This document shows positions 28,951-50,201 of a stretch of DNA of 64,000 nucleotides, piece by piece. How positions within the stretch are numbered: the stretch's first letter is position 1; the number at the start of each line of letters is the position of its first letter. The notes beneath the pieces were generated by a model. The model saw nothing but the letters and a program-made list of their open reading frames with translations, was not told the DNA's origin and did not search any database. Position numbers and translations under genes: made by a program. Source of the DNA: the human T2T-CHM13v2.0 reference genome, Homo sapiens; NCBI RefSeq assembly GCF_009914755.1, contig NC_060946.1; one strand, written 5' to 3'.

Positions 28951-29389
28951 ATAAAGAAACGAATGGGGGGGGGAAGAAACAAGGAGAAATGAAGCTACGA
29001 AGATATCTAAAACCTCCTTCTCAATGTCACTCCCACATTTATTATTTATGGTAAAATCACATCATCCTCGATAACACTTATTAAGAAATGTTCTCTCCTG
29101 ATTTCATGTACAAAATAAAGCTCATATCCTAAGGCAGAAGTTAGAATCTAATTCAGGATTTAATACTATTAAGTTGTTCCCTGTTATTCCAACACAGCTC
29201 ATCATGTCTCTGCTTGATGGAACCTTCTGGAAGCCTGAAATAATAACAGGCCCCACTGTGCCCCAGGAAGGTGTGTTCACACATCAACATAGCCAGCCCA
29301 ACGCCAGCCTAAAGAAGTTGTGGGCTGAGACGTTGAGCAAGTGCATTCTTGTCAGGAGGCAGAACTTTCATTTAAGAGTTAAGGATTGC

Positions 29390-30255
<866 letters not shown>

Positions 30256-30795
30256 AAAGGCAAAAAGAGTTAAGAATTGATTCTTAGTAAAAATTTGTCT
30301 TATTTTGGCGTGACATTGTACAAAAGGAGAAAGCGATTCTAAAGGGCATTTCAAGAACCATTTCCTTCAAACCAAGCTGTCGAATGAAGTCAGAAATGAA
30401 CAGGTTTCTAAGACGTGGAACCACTTCTCCTTCCAAGAGCAGGAAGCCACCTTCCGACCCTGGAGACACCAAACTCCCCCACCTTAAAGATGCTGAGTAT
30501 GGCTTGGGTAGAGCCAAAGTCGCCATCTGTTTACACCATGAGCTAAATATCATGGGAGAAGCCCACACAGGCCCACCCGCCACAGTGAAGGCACCAGCCG
30601 GGACTTCGACAGGGATCAAACACCTGGAGTTTATCAGGAGCCTTCTGTTGTCTCTGCTTTGCTTCAAGTCCTCACAGAACAATCTGAAGGCATTCGTTTG
30701 CTGAACAGGAATCCAAACGTCTGACCACAAGAAACCCCTTGTTGGGGAGTGCCGGGAACTCCTGTGGGGAGACGCTGAGTGGCCAACGAGCCTGT

Positions 30796-31116
30796 TTTTT
30801 TGTTTTGTTTTGTTTTATTGGCTTTTTTTTTTTTTTTTTGAGACGGAGTCTTGCTCTGTCACCAGGCTGGAGTGCAGTGGCACAATCGGCTCACTGCAAC
30901 CTCCACCTCCCGAGTTCAAGCGATTTCCCTGCCTCAGCCTCCCGAGTAGCTGGGGCTACAGACGTGGGCCACCACGCCAGGCTAATTTTTTGTATTTTAG
31001 TAGAGACAGGGTTTCACCATGTTGGCCAGGATGGTCTCGATCTCCTGACCTCATGATCCACCCGCCTCAGCCTCCCAAAGTGCTGGGATTACAGCCTTGA
31101 GCCACGGCACCTGGCC
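30796..31116 (-). mobile_element. Alu (Sc-like)
   Basis: Reverse dimer. Confidence 0.94.
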
Positions 31117-31184
31117 AATGCTGTTTTAAGATAAGAAGAAAAAGGAGGAACCCCCGGGCTTCAGCTTCCAGGACAGGTACCCCA

Positions 31185-31375
31185 TGGCAGCACTGTGGAC
31201 TCTCGTGGGGGCTGGGTAACTCTCTGTGGGGTGCCAGCCCCCGGGAGGATGCTGGGCAGCACCCCTGGCCTCCACCCACTGGATGTCAGCAGCACCCCCA
31301 CCCCAGGCTATGATGACCACACATGTCTCCAGACAACACCTGCCAGGGCAGCAGCACACCAGCTGAAAACCCAGC
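31185..31375 (-). mobile_element. MER20
   Basis: gcagcacccctggcctccacccactggatgtcagcagcacc...atgtctccagaca. Confidence 0.72.
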
Positions 31376-31764
31376 CCTCGGAAATGATCACCCAAACCTC
31401 TGGACCCCTTCCGGCCTGAGACTCTCAGCAGGTACCAGGAGCCCGGGAAGCACCGAGCTCAGGGCTCCTTGGCTCAGCACCCGGCTTTGCCAGACCACTC
31501 GGGCCTCTGCGCCTCCCGACAGCGCCGTCTGGGGCATTCCCCTGCCAGCTGAGCCCAGAGATTGACACGGGCTGGGCCAAAGGGGAGCCATTCCAGCCTC
31601 GCTCTTCCCTGCCAGAACCAGAAAGCCACCTCTCTGCCCTCGTCCTGGAAAAATGGGCCAAATTCCCCAAGGCAAAGATTAAACGACAAAACAAATTTCA
31701 AAGAACAAGTGGGCACCTGGTTCTGAGCCAAATGATGCCTTCCAGCATGACAATGCGGCCCTGA

Positions 31765-32164
<400 letters not shown>

Positions 32165-32927
32165 GAAGATGAGACGTCTTAGTAAACACAGCAACGAGCC
32201 CAACCCAGCCCTGCAGCAGGTCCTGCTCAGAGCTCTCAGGCTCTTCAGCCACTGCTCACCGCAGGCCCAGGGAGTCAGGAACGACCAGGGCCAGTCTGGA
32301 ACATTCCAGGCTCCAGGTCTAAAAGTGCTATCCAGCACCCAGCCAGGCTCCTCATCCAGCCACCTCAATGGCCAGAGCAGCAGGTGACCCTCGGCCTCCC
32401 TCTGCGTGCCCCTGTGCCACTATCTCCATCTTCCTCTTCTCCTTGCCCGGAGTCTCGCATGCTCACACCTGCGGCTGGTGCAGCATCCGCCGACGGACGC
32501 TCCCGGGGTTTTGCTGAATCCTGGGAGCTTCTCTCCCTCCAAAATGACCTGCTGGACTCAGGTCTGTCCCGACCCCCATGCTTGTCAGCAGTGCCTCTGA
32601 AATGCTGACTCATCTCCAGGGACCAACCTGCGTCAAGCCGCTCCTACCCCTGAGCCCGAAGGCCCTCCTGTGCAGAAAGGCTGCGGCAGCTGCCAGGGGA
32701 AAACTGTCTGGGCCCTGCCCTGGAAGCCCCTACCACTCCAGGTGAGCCTCAAGCAGATGCCTCGTCTTTGGGAAAAAGCTACCCACGGTGGCTGAACCGG
32801 CACTGCAGCCATGTCCCCCACAAGCTCATCACGGAGCCAGAGACCACAGCTGCCTCTGGGCAGGAGATGCTGGGTTCCAGGGGCCAGGGATAGTGAGCTG
32901 AGACTTTTTGTGGTTATTTGGACTTTT

Positions 32928-35690
<2,763 letters not shown>

Positions 35691-35896
35691 AGCAGAATCT
35701 GTTCTGCCTCCCTGGGTAGCTGGAGAGGCAATACCAGATAATGAGAGCAAAGACCTGTGTAGCTCTTGCAATCCTCAGGGGACTCTAGGAGGCAGAAAAT
35801 CCAATCACCCAGTTTTACTGATGAGGAAACCAAAGCACATAGAGGTTAAGTGACTTGCCCAAGGTCACAGAGGAAGTGGGTGGCAGAGTGGGATTG

Positions 35897-36042
35897 CATA
35901 TGCCTGTAAACTCAGCTACTCGAAAGGCTGAGGCACGAGACTCACTTGAACCCAGGAGGCAAAGGTTGCAGTGAGCTGAGCTTGTGCACTGTACTCCAGC
36001 CTGGGTGAAAGAACAAAATCCCGCCTCAAAAAAAAAAGAAAA
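35897..36042 (+). mobile_element. Alu right monomer only
   Basis: tgcctgtaaactcagctact...actccagcctgggtg...A-tail. Confidence 0.88.
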
Positions 36043-36049
36043 TTATCTA

Positions 36050-36620
36050 CAGGGTCCTTCATAGGGAACTCACAAGATGATTCTCTAATCTCCACAGAAG
36101 ACCAATAGGTCAAGAATAGCCAAGGCATCCCTGGAGAACAGGGGAGGGGAACAAGCTCTATCTGATGTCAAGATTTATAGCCTGTAGACAAGGGAGTGCT
36201 GGCATGGAGCAGACCAACAGACTGATGGACAGAAGATGGAGCCCAGAAACAGGTCCACACGCACACACAACAGAGCTGGCAAATGGGAAAGAGGAGCATT
36301 CCCACACATGGTCCCAAGCCACTCAGCTGTCTACATAACGGACAAAGTGAAACTGGATCCCTACCTCACACCAAGCACAAACATCAATTCCAGGTGAACT
36401 AAGGACTTAAGCAGGAAAGACAAAGCCTATTTTAGCAAAGATCATTCAAAATCATGTTTATGATCTTGAGATAGGTAAGCAATTCTTAAACATGACACAC
36501 AACACACTATCGTAAAGGGGAAAAAGTATGATTTTGATTACATTAAAAACAAGGACTTTAGAAAGAACCTTATTAATAAATTAATGATGAGACATTAATT
36601 AACATAAGCCACAAACTGTG
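36050..36620 (+). mobile_element. Old L1 (L1M) ORF2-region fragment
   Basis: caagaatagccaaggca...gcccagaaacaggtccacac...ggatccctacctcacacca...aattccaggtg. Confidence 0.65.
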
Positions 36621-36699
36621 AGACCCGCCTCACTGGGTGTCTAGGGCGCGGTCCTCACAGTTGAGCACACCCTCTTTATGGAAACATGCTATTTCTGAC

Positions 36700-36768
36700 T
36701 TTTTTTTTTTTTTTTTTTTTTTTTTGAGACAGAGTCTCGCTCTGTCACCCAGGCTGGAGTGCAGTGGC
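36700..36768 (-). mobile_element. Alu 3' remnant
   Basis: T-run plus gagacagagtctcgctctgtcacccaggctggagtgcagtggc. Confidence 0.88.
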
Positions 36769-38742
36769 AGCCCACAGGTTTTCCATTCAAGGTGCTTTCC
36801 CTGACAATCCCACTCTGCCACCCACTTCCTCTGTGAACTTGGGCAAGTCACTTAACCTCTATGTGCTTTGGTTTCCTCATCAGTAAAACCGGGTGATTGG
36901 ATTTCCTGCCTCCTGGAGTCCCCTGAGGATTGCAAGAGCTATGTAAGTCTTTGCTCCCATTATCTGCTATTGCCTCTCCAACCACCCAGGGAGGCAGAGC
37001 AGATTCTGCTACCCCAGTGACAAGGGATGTGGGGCCCAGAAAGGCTCAGGAACTGTGCCCAGGACACACAGCTGTCTGTTGGGGATGCAGGTCGCCATCT
37101 TCCTGACAAGGTAGAGTGAGGCCTGCAGTCTCCACGTGTCTACTCAGCTCTTTCACACCAACACTTTCAGGAGAGAAAAATAATTATTAACTGCAGAGGC
37201 TTAATGAGGATATGGAGCTGCAAGGCTTTCTAATACCAATAATTTGTACCTATTTAAGAGCAAAGGTGTAACAACAAAGGCACTGGCACCAACAGGCTCA
37301 GAAGCCACATCCCTTGCCTCCAGGTAAAGGAGCACAACTGTCAATTTCACGGAGCACAGAACATTCCCAGGCTCCCACGGGCTCCCACGCTCTGCCCTGG
37401 CTCTCAGACTCACCTGTAGGGAGGAGCGCCCCAGGCCTTCCGCCCAGAAATCCAAGGGTACAGGGCAAGAGAAGGGGAGCTGCTGGGGAGAGCCGTTACG
37501 ACGGTGGGGACGGGTCCGAGGTCTGAACTGGGCACCAGTAAACCTGGCATCCACAGGGCCCACCAGCCCCAGCTGCTCAGTCCCAAGCAAGACCGCTGGG
37601 AGGGTCCTGCAGGGGACAGAGTCCCTCCTTCCACCAGCCCAGCCCAGCCCATGGTGGCAGCTGCCTCGGGCCCAGCCCTCCTCAGAAATGCAGGCTGCAG
37701 CATCTGCCAGGAACTTGGAGGAGCCACCCCTCCTAGGCCTGAAATGTGTCCCCACTCAGGGGCCCTGAAATCCCTTCCAGAATAATTTCACAGAGACCTC
37801 TTTTGAAATGCAAATACCAGGGAGAGGCTATATTAAGCCACTGACCCCTGATAGGGTTAGTGCCTCAAGTTAGAGCTGGGGGCAGCCCGGGACAGCCTGG
37901 CAAGGGGCAGCTGCGCTCACATACCACGAGAGCTACCTGGCCCACTCACTGCAGCACCTGTTTTGGCTGGGCATGGGGGTTCTGCCCCAGAGACCCTGTG
38001 GCCATCAGAGATGCTGGAGTGAGCGCTCACAGGGACCCCGCCCAGGTGCTGGGGAGGTCCGGCTGCTGCCTGAGGTCTCCAAACACTACCGAAGCCCACC
38101 TCCAGGAACAAGGATATCATCCTTGTTACTTCCAGGGACGCCTCCCTCCAATTTAGTGAATGGCGAGCAAATCATTTTCTTTGGGGGAAAAGATCAAATA
38201 TTGGCCCAGACGTCTATTAATTTGCAACTTGCATTGAAACTGCTGAGAACAGAAAAGCTGAGATTTCGTTTTTCTAGTTAAATATTTGCTGAGAAAATTC
38301 CAGTCCTAAATTTCAAGAGACTGATTCAGCATGACATTAGAAGGGTCATTTGAGATGATTAACTAGAGGCTCTCGTGGAAGAAACCTGAGAGAAAGATGA
38401 CGCAGGCCTCCCCGTGAAAACACTCAGTTTTAGCCAACAGAGAAAGTGTGTGTGTTAGCATCCTTGCTTTTGTCTTGATTGCAGCTTCGAGGTTTTTCTG
38501 TAGTTGAGTATTTTAATTTATTTCTTTCAGGCCTCTCTCCCCTGCCACCTCCAGATGGTGAGATTCGTTTCCAGTATTCAAAGACTAGAACAAAAACTCT
38601 CACCTCACATTGGGTTCTGCTGGAAGACAAGCCCTCCATCCTGACCTTGGCTCGGGTTCCTCTTCCCAGGCCTTTGTGAGTGGCGCCCCCAACTCCCTCT
38701 CCCTGAGGCTAATGAGCTGGATGCCTATTTTGAAACCAGTGA

Positions 38743-39540
<798 letters not shown>

Positions 39541-39568
39541 TCAGGTACTTTTTAAAGTCATGCATCAA

Positions 39569-40167
<599 letters not shown>

Positions 40168-40687
40168 TCATGCATCAGGACACGTCCACACAGGATGTCT
40201 TCTGAAATGCCTCCAGGCCCATAATCCCCCACCTCTCTCCAACAGTTTCTGTTCTGGCCCCTGCTCCCCACTCATCACACGTTTACTGAGCACCTACTGT
40301 GTGTCTGCTCCCGCCCCCTGCCCCCTCCACTTCCTGCCCTCACTCCCACTCCCACTCCCACTCCCACTTCCACACACCCAAGGTCTCAAGAACAGCAGCT
40401 CCAAATTCTTCCCATGGCACCTTTGGCTCAGATCTGGAGAGATGGAAGAGCTGACGCTAATATCACATATCCTGCTATTGCATGATTAAGAGATGACTTA
40501 CAAGTAACAAATTGGATTTCCCTCTTAGAGTACCCCAAGGGTCCTGAAAGAGGATTTCAGTTCTCGAGCTAATTGCAGACGATGTCTGCAATTCATTCAT
40601 AATTAAAAACTATTTGGTATAATATCTTTTTAAAGATTCTAATCTGCAACCTAAACGCAAAGAAACTCTAATTAAAATTGCTGTCAC

Positions 40688-40810
40688 TCATTAATTCAAC
40701 AAACATTTGCGGGCCCTGTGTGTACGAGGCTGAGATCTAGGGATGCCAAGAGGGAAAACCACAGTCCTGCCCTCAAGGTGTCCTTGGCCTGGTGGAAAAG
40801 ACAAATGGGG
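40688..40810 (-). mobile_element. L2 3' end fragment
   Basis: attcaacaaacattt...cagtcctgccctcaagg. Confidence 0.55.
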
Positions 40811-40831
40811 CCAATTAGCATGGTGAGCCCC

Positions 40832-41710
40832 ACGGGGGAGGGGAGTCCACGGTGCAGTGCAGGTGGGGGGTGAGGGGGAGGGGAGTCCAGGGTGCAGGTG
40901 GGGGGTGCGGGGGAGGGGAGTCCAGGGTGCAGGTGGGGGGCGCGGGGGAGGGGAGTCCAGGGTGCAGGTGGGGGGCGCGGGGGAGGGGAGTCCAGGGTGC
41001 AGGTGGGGGGTGCGGGGGAGGGGAGTCCAGGGTGCAGGTGGGAGGCGCGGGGGAGGGGAGTCCGGGGGGCGTGGGGGAGGGGAGTCCAGGGTGCAGGTGG
41101 GGGGTGCGGGGGAGGGGAGTCCAGGGTGCAGGTGGGAGGCGCGGGGGAGGGGAGTCCGGGGGGCGTGGGGGAGGGGAGTCCAGGGTGCAGGTGGGGGGTG
41201 CGGGGGAGGGGAGTCCAGGGTGCGGGGGAGGGGAGTCCAGGGTGCAGGTGGGGGGCACGGAGGAGGGGAGTCCAGGGTGCAGGTGGGGGGTGCGGGGGAG
41301 GGGAGTCCAGGGTACAGATTGGAGGTATGGGGGAGGGGAGTCCAGGGTGCAGGTGGGGGGTGAGGGGGAGGGGAGTCCAGGGTGCAGGTGGGAGGTATTG
41401 GGGAGGGGAGTCCAGGATACTGACGGAAGTAGAGGGAAGGGTATCCAAAGTGCTGAAGGGGTTGGGAAGAAGGGAGTCCAGGGTGCTACTGGGGGTTGCG
41501 GGGGAGGGGTGTCCAGCTGATGGGGGTATATGGGAGGGGTGTCCAGCTGATGAGGGTGTGGGGGAGGGGTGTTCAGCTAATGGGGGTATATGGGAGGGGT
41601 GTCCAGCTGATGAGGGTGTAGGGGAGGGGTGTCCAGCTAATGGGGGTGTGGGGAGGGATGTCCAGGGTGCTGACAGGATCAGCTGACAGGGTCGTGAGGG
41701 AGGGGTGTCA
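40832..41710. repeat. G-rich VNTR: 35-bp unit GGGTGCAGGTGGGGGGTGCGGGGGAGGGGAGTCCA grading into a 30-bp unit
   Basis: gtccag recurs at 40885 and 40920 (period 35); ggggaggggtgtccagctga recurs with period 30 from about 41501. Confidence 0.95.
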
Positions 41711-42067
41711 AGTACCAGTGGAGGCACGGGGAGGGGTCCTGCCCTGCACCTCAGTTTCAGGGGAGGGCTCTGCAGGCTGACAGCAGCTGGGTGACAGCAG
41801 GAAGCAGCTGTGGTCAGCAGCCACTCAGGGCTGGCATCCATCCTATTGTCTCACTGAAACTCATGACAGTGGGAGGTGAAGGTGACCCCCAGATAGTCCC
41901 CAGAGCCAGTGCTACATGGGAAGCCCTGCCCTCCTGGGGACAGGGGGATGGTCTTGGGGGATGAGAGTCCCACTAAGGAGCTGAGCCCTTCCTGCTCCTA
42001 AGCCCGCAGCTTCCCTGCTCGCCTACAGCCGGCGAGTGCAGCACAGGAGGCCACCGTAGTGCCATAG

Positions 42068-42589
<522 letters not shown>

Positions 42590-43160
42590 AGCCCTGCCCT
42601 TTTGAGCATGCAGCAGTTGGGGTCACCGTGGCAGTAAGGGACATGTCAGCTCAGACCCCCAGACACACCCACACCCCATGGCAGGGCAGGGCCACCTTCC
42701 TGCTGGTCACCCAGACTAACCCAAAGAATAACTGCAATTCAGCTCTTCCAAATGCACGATTATTTCCCGTTTGGAACCCGGCTTGGGGATGGCGAAGTGC
42801 CCTTCCTCTGCTTGTAATGATAAGCCAACAAACTGTTCTTGTCCCCAATTCCTCGTCATCACAATCAAAACTACCAGCTGGTCATTGTCCTGGGGCACCT
42901 TCCCCCTGGCTCAGTGGGGCAGGGAGATGCCATGCTCTCTGACGAGGGCACTTTTGACTATTAACCCACCCGGCCTTCCCACCCTCCTGTCCTGGCTTGA
43001 GAAGAAATTGCAATCCGTCACCACCGTGAAGCACTTGCTGAAGCTGGGGAGAAGAAGGCCCCAAGCTTGGGGGCCCCAAACCTCTCCTGGCGCCCCTCCT
43101 AACTACGGGACATCCACTGCTTGGATTCTGAGGGCCCCTGGTGGCCCCAGACTGCCCCTA

Positions 43161-43535
<375 letters not shown>

Positions 43536-43902
43536 GCCCATCCTTCCTGCACTCTGTGGCCTCCAGGTTCCAAGGACAATAAACTCCCAGATCCAGATGC
43601 GCTGCCCAGCCTGGTTAGTGGGAAAGCGTCCTCCTGGCCATCTCAGCATCCGCCCCTGCAGTGGGAACACCTAACGTGGCCACCCCACAGGGCTGCACAG
43701 AGACCCAGTGAGCCGCTTTCTGAGAACCAACGTTCCCAAGTGCAAAGTGTACACATGTCGACATGGCAATTCTACCTGGAGTGCATGGGTCCTGCTCTCC
43801 TCCAGCCATAAGACACACTCAGACACACAGGGTCCTGCCCTCTAATTTCCATCTCATGAGACAGGAGCCAAAAGAGGGATTCCCCAGGGTCACCTGGAGA
43901 GG

Positions 43903-44182
<280 letters not shown>

Positions 44183-44724
44183 TTGAGATCAGCCAACCGA
44201 AACCCACTTTTCAAGCAGGACCTGGGAGGGAAATGTTCTAAGCAGAGTGAGCGTCGTGGAGCCTCCCTCAGGCATGGCTGTGAGCGCCACAGCTGCAGAC
44301 TCAGGAAAGTGGTGGGTGTGCGGGGACACTTTAAAATACCAGAAAAATCTACAAAACCAACTCCTGCAGCCACCACAGGGTGCAGAGTGAGTTTCTGGTT
44401 TTGCCGCTCTTGTGAACAACCACCCACCATCGAGCACCCAGCTGGCCTGGGGCTGCTGCACGTGCCGCACCCTGATCCTCCAGGCAGTCCAAATGGCCAG
44501 GTGTCATTTTCGCTGCTCTACAGACCAGGCCTCAGAGGATCAGGAGGTCCAGTGACTTGCCCAAGGCCACCTGAGGGCTGCCTCTGCACCCACAGGCGGG
44601 GGATTTTGTTCCCCTACAAGTTCAGGACCTCGGAAGTCAGGAGACGCCTGCAAATGGAGGGCCCCCCAACATCCATGCTCGCCAGGTCTCCTGAGGCAGC
44701 TTCTCCACCCCGGGCCCTTGGACA

Positions 44725-44865
44725 TGGCCAGGACACAGAGCAGCATCCCCCACCTCCACCTACCAGATGCCAGTAGCACTGCCCTCCATACTGTGACAAC
44801 CGAAACATCTCCAGACATGGCCACGTCTCCTAGGGGGAAAAGCAGCCCCATCTGAGTGCCACTAT
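44725..44865 (-). mobile_element. MER20 fragment
   Basis: agatgccagtagcact...tgtgacaaccgaaacatctccagacatggcca. Confidence 0.78.
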
Positions 44866-44880
44866 ACTAAAGAAATCTAG

Positions 44881-45583
<703 letters not shown>

Positions 45584-46176
45584 TAATATTTTCAGGTAAG
45601 TGATGTCTTTCCAGGCTTCACCCCACGTCTGTTTCACCAGCACCTCGCAAGTGCCTAGCAAAAGGCTGGGCAAGGCTGAGCTAAGACACACAAGGAAACA
45701 ACTGCCACGAGAAGGCAACGGTCAGGGCGCTGCGACCTGCAATGGCAGAAGCAGGACGTTCCCTCGGGGCTGCTTCCCAGGCTCCAGCAGGTCTGCAGGC
45801 TCAGTCATTCCTCCAGGAATGAAGCCGGCCAACATGCCAGATGCTACCAGACAGAAGATCTCCACGTTCACAGGCTAGTCTCATTTCAAAACACAAGTTC
45901 CACTTCTCATTGTAAAATTCTCCTTTAAAATATGTCAGCCCTCAATGGTCTCAGTTACGTGTTTCTTATCTATGTACACTAACAACATGGGGCACACTGA
46001 TACACAGTCCTGCTTTAATTCCCGGCGCAAAGTCTTTCTGGCCCAATTTCAACCAGGGACAGAAATTACCTCTTTTTTCTTTTCCATAAAAATGCACCCC
46101 TTTGTTTTAAAAACTGGTAGCTTGTGTTATTCCCACCTGGATATATATTCTTCCAGATTAGAAACAGGCTCTTGGG

Positions 46177-46498
46177 GCCAGGCGCGGTGGCTCACGCCTG
46201 TAAACCCAGCACTTTGGGAGGCTGAGGCAGGCAGATCACCTGAAATCAGGAGTTCAAGACTAGCCTGGCCAACATGGTGAAACCCCGTCTCTACTAAAAA
46301 TAACAAAAATTAGCTGGGCGTGTAAGCAATCCCAGCTACTTGGGAGGCTGAGGCAGGAGAATCGCTCGAGGCAAGATCCACCGTGCTCGGCCGAAACCCA
46401 GGAGGACAGTAGAGGTTGCCAACAGTGAGCCAAGATAGCCAAGATCATGCCACTGCACTCCAGTTTGGGCGACAGTGACTCTCTGTCTCAGAAAAAAA
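46177..46498 (+). mobile_element. Alu with multiple small insertions and a deletion
   Basis: Left monomer normal; right monomer interrupted at about 46370-46440. Confidence 0.92.
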
Positions 46499-46599
46499 CC
46501 AGGTTCTTGGTAACAGGACAAAATATTAGAAGGTAGACAAAAAGAGCATGGAAAACATTTAATATTTCTCTGGGAGAGAAAAAGTATGTAAGAGAACAG

Positions 46600-47205
<606 letters not shown>

Positions 47206-47212
47206 TCATTAG

Positions 47213-47576
47213 TGATATGATTTGGCTGTGTCCCCACCCAAATCTCATCTTGAATTGTAGCTCCCACGATTCCCACGTGTTGTGGCAGGGACCCAGTGGG
47301 AGGTAACTAAATTATGGGGGCAGGTCTTTTCTGTGCTGTTCTCGTCATAGTGAACAAGGTCTCATGAGATCTGACGTTTTTATAGAGGAGTTCCCCTGCA
47401 CAAGCTTTCTCTTGCCTGCCACCATGTAAGATGTGACTTTGATCCTCCTTTGCTTTCCACCATGATTGTGAGGCCTCCCCAGCCATGTGGGACTGTGAGT
47501 CAATTAAACCATTTTTCTTTATATATTACCTAGTCTCAGGTATGTCTTTATTATCAGTGTGAGAACACACTAATAC
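47213..47576 (+). mobile_element. THE1-family MaLR solo LTR
   Basis: tgatatgatttggctgtgtccccacccaaatctcatcttgaattgtagctccca...catgattgtgaggcctccccagccatgtgg...ctaatac. Confidence 0.92.
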
Positions 47577-48138
47577 CTTACTTCTCCGAGTAAGATGAGA
47601 TTGTACCCAGCTAAGCAAGCTAGTAAACTGGAAAACAGGTCAAAAAAGAATATTAAGAATGAAACAGATTCAGAAAAAAAGGCAGACACACAATCTACCC
47701 TCGCGGAGGACAATTCAGCTCTATGATTTCTTTATTCCTTGTGACTTGACTGGCTACACTGTTAAATATGTTGAGCCTGTTTTCTGGGCTCTCTCTTCCA
47801 TTCCGCTGGCCTATCTGGCTATCCTTGGCCACTCTTAATGACACACTCTCCTAATTACAGTGGCTCTATAACAAGCCTTGACATCCAGCCAACCAAGTCC
47901 TCCCACCTCAGCTCTTCCTCAAAGTGGCCTTGGCTATTCTCAGCCAATTTTATTTACAGATAAATTTTAGAATCAGATTGTCAATTTTTTTCAACTTCCT
48001 CTAAATTATTCTGTACCAATTTGATTGGCACTGCACTGAATCTACAGACCAGTCTGGGAAGAAATGATATCTTCATAACATTGAGTCTTCTAATCCATAA
48101 ACATTGTTAAGCCCTCCATTTATTTAAGTCCTTCTTAA

Positions 48139-48439
<301 letters not shown>

Positions 48440-48693
48440 CTGAATTTCTCTGAGTAACATTTTATAGTGTTCTGCCCATCTTTCATTACATTTATTCTTG
48501 GTTATGTTATCTTTTTATACTATTGTAGGTTATATATTTCACTTTTCATTTATTGCCAGCACACAGAAACACATTTTTAAAAACAGTACAATCGTGCATC
48601 ACTTAAAGACTGGGGAAAACATTCTGAGAAATGCGTTGTTAGATGACTTCATCGTTGGGTGAACATCACAGAGTGTCCTTAGACAAACCTAGC

Positions 48694-48882
48694 TAGACCC
48701 AGCTGGTACAGCCTACTACACACCTAGACTATGGTAAAACCGACTGCTCCTAGGCTTAGACCCAGCTGGTACAGCCTACTGCACACCTAGACTGTAGTAT
48801 AACTGACTGCTTCTAGGCTTAGACATGGCTGGTACAGCCTACTACACACCTAGGCTGTGGTATAACCAACTGCTTCCAGGCT
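48694..48882. repeat. 63-bp tandem triplication inside the Tigger element
   Basis: tagac...gctggtacagcctact at 48694, 48757 and 48820. Confidence 0.9.
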
Positions 48883-49186
48883 ACACACCTGTACAGCATG
48901 TTACTGTACTGAGTACTGTAAGCAACTGTAATACAAAGGCAAATATTTGTAAGTCTAAACATATCTAAATATAGAAAAGGCACAGTGAGAACATGGTATA
49001 ACATTAAAAACAGTACACCTATATAGGGTACTTACCAGGAATGAAGGTTTCAGGACTGGAAGTTGCCCTGGGTAAGTGGGTGAGTGGTGAGTGAATGTGA
49101 AGGCCTAGGACATGACTGTGCACTCCTGCAGACTTTATCAACACTGAACACCAGGCTGCACTACATTTATACAGAAAATTTTTCTT

Positions 49187-50201
<1,015 letters not shown>

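Larger units (their letters stand above)
35691..37010. repeat. 206-bp inverted repeat (arms 35691-35896 and 36805-37010) containing a MIR core
   Basis: Ungapped manual alignment: 13 mismatches in 206 bp. Confidence 0.93.

Noticed and set aside
40696-41841. 381-aa Pro-rich and overlapping Gly-rich ORFs
   Set aside because: Translation of the 35-bp VNTR; the same peptides recur in all frames.
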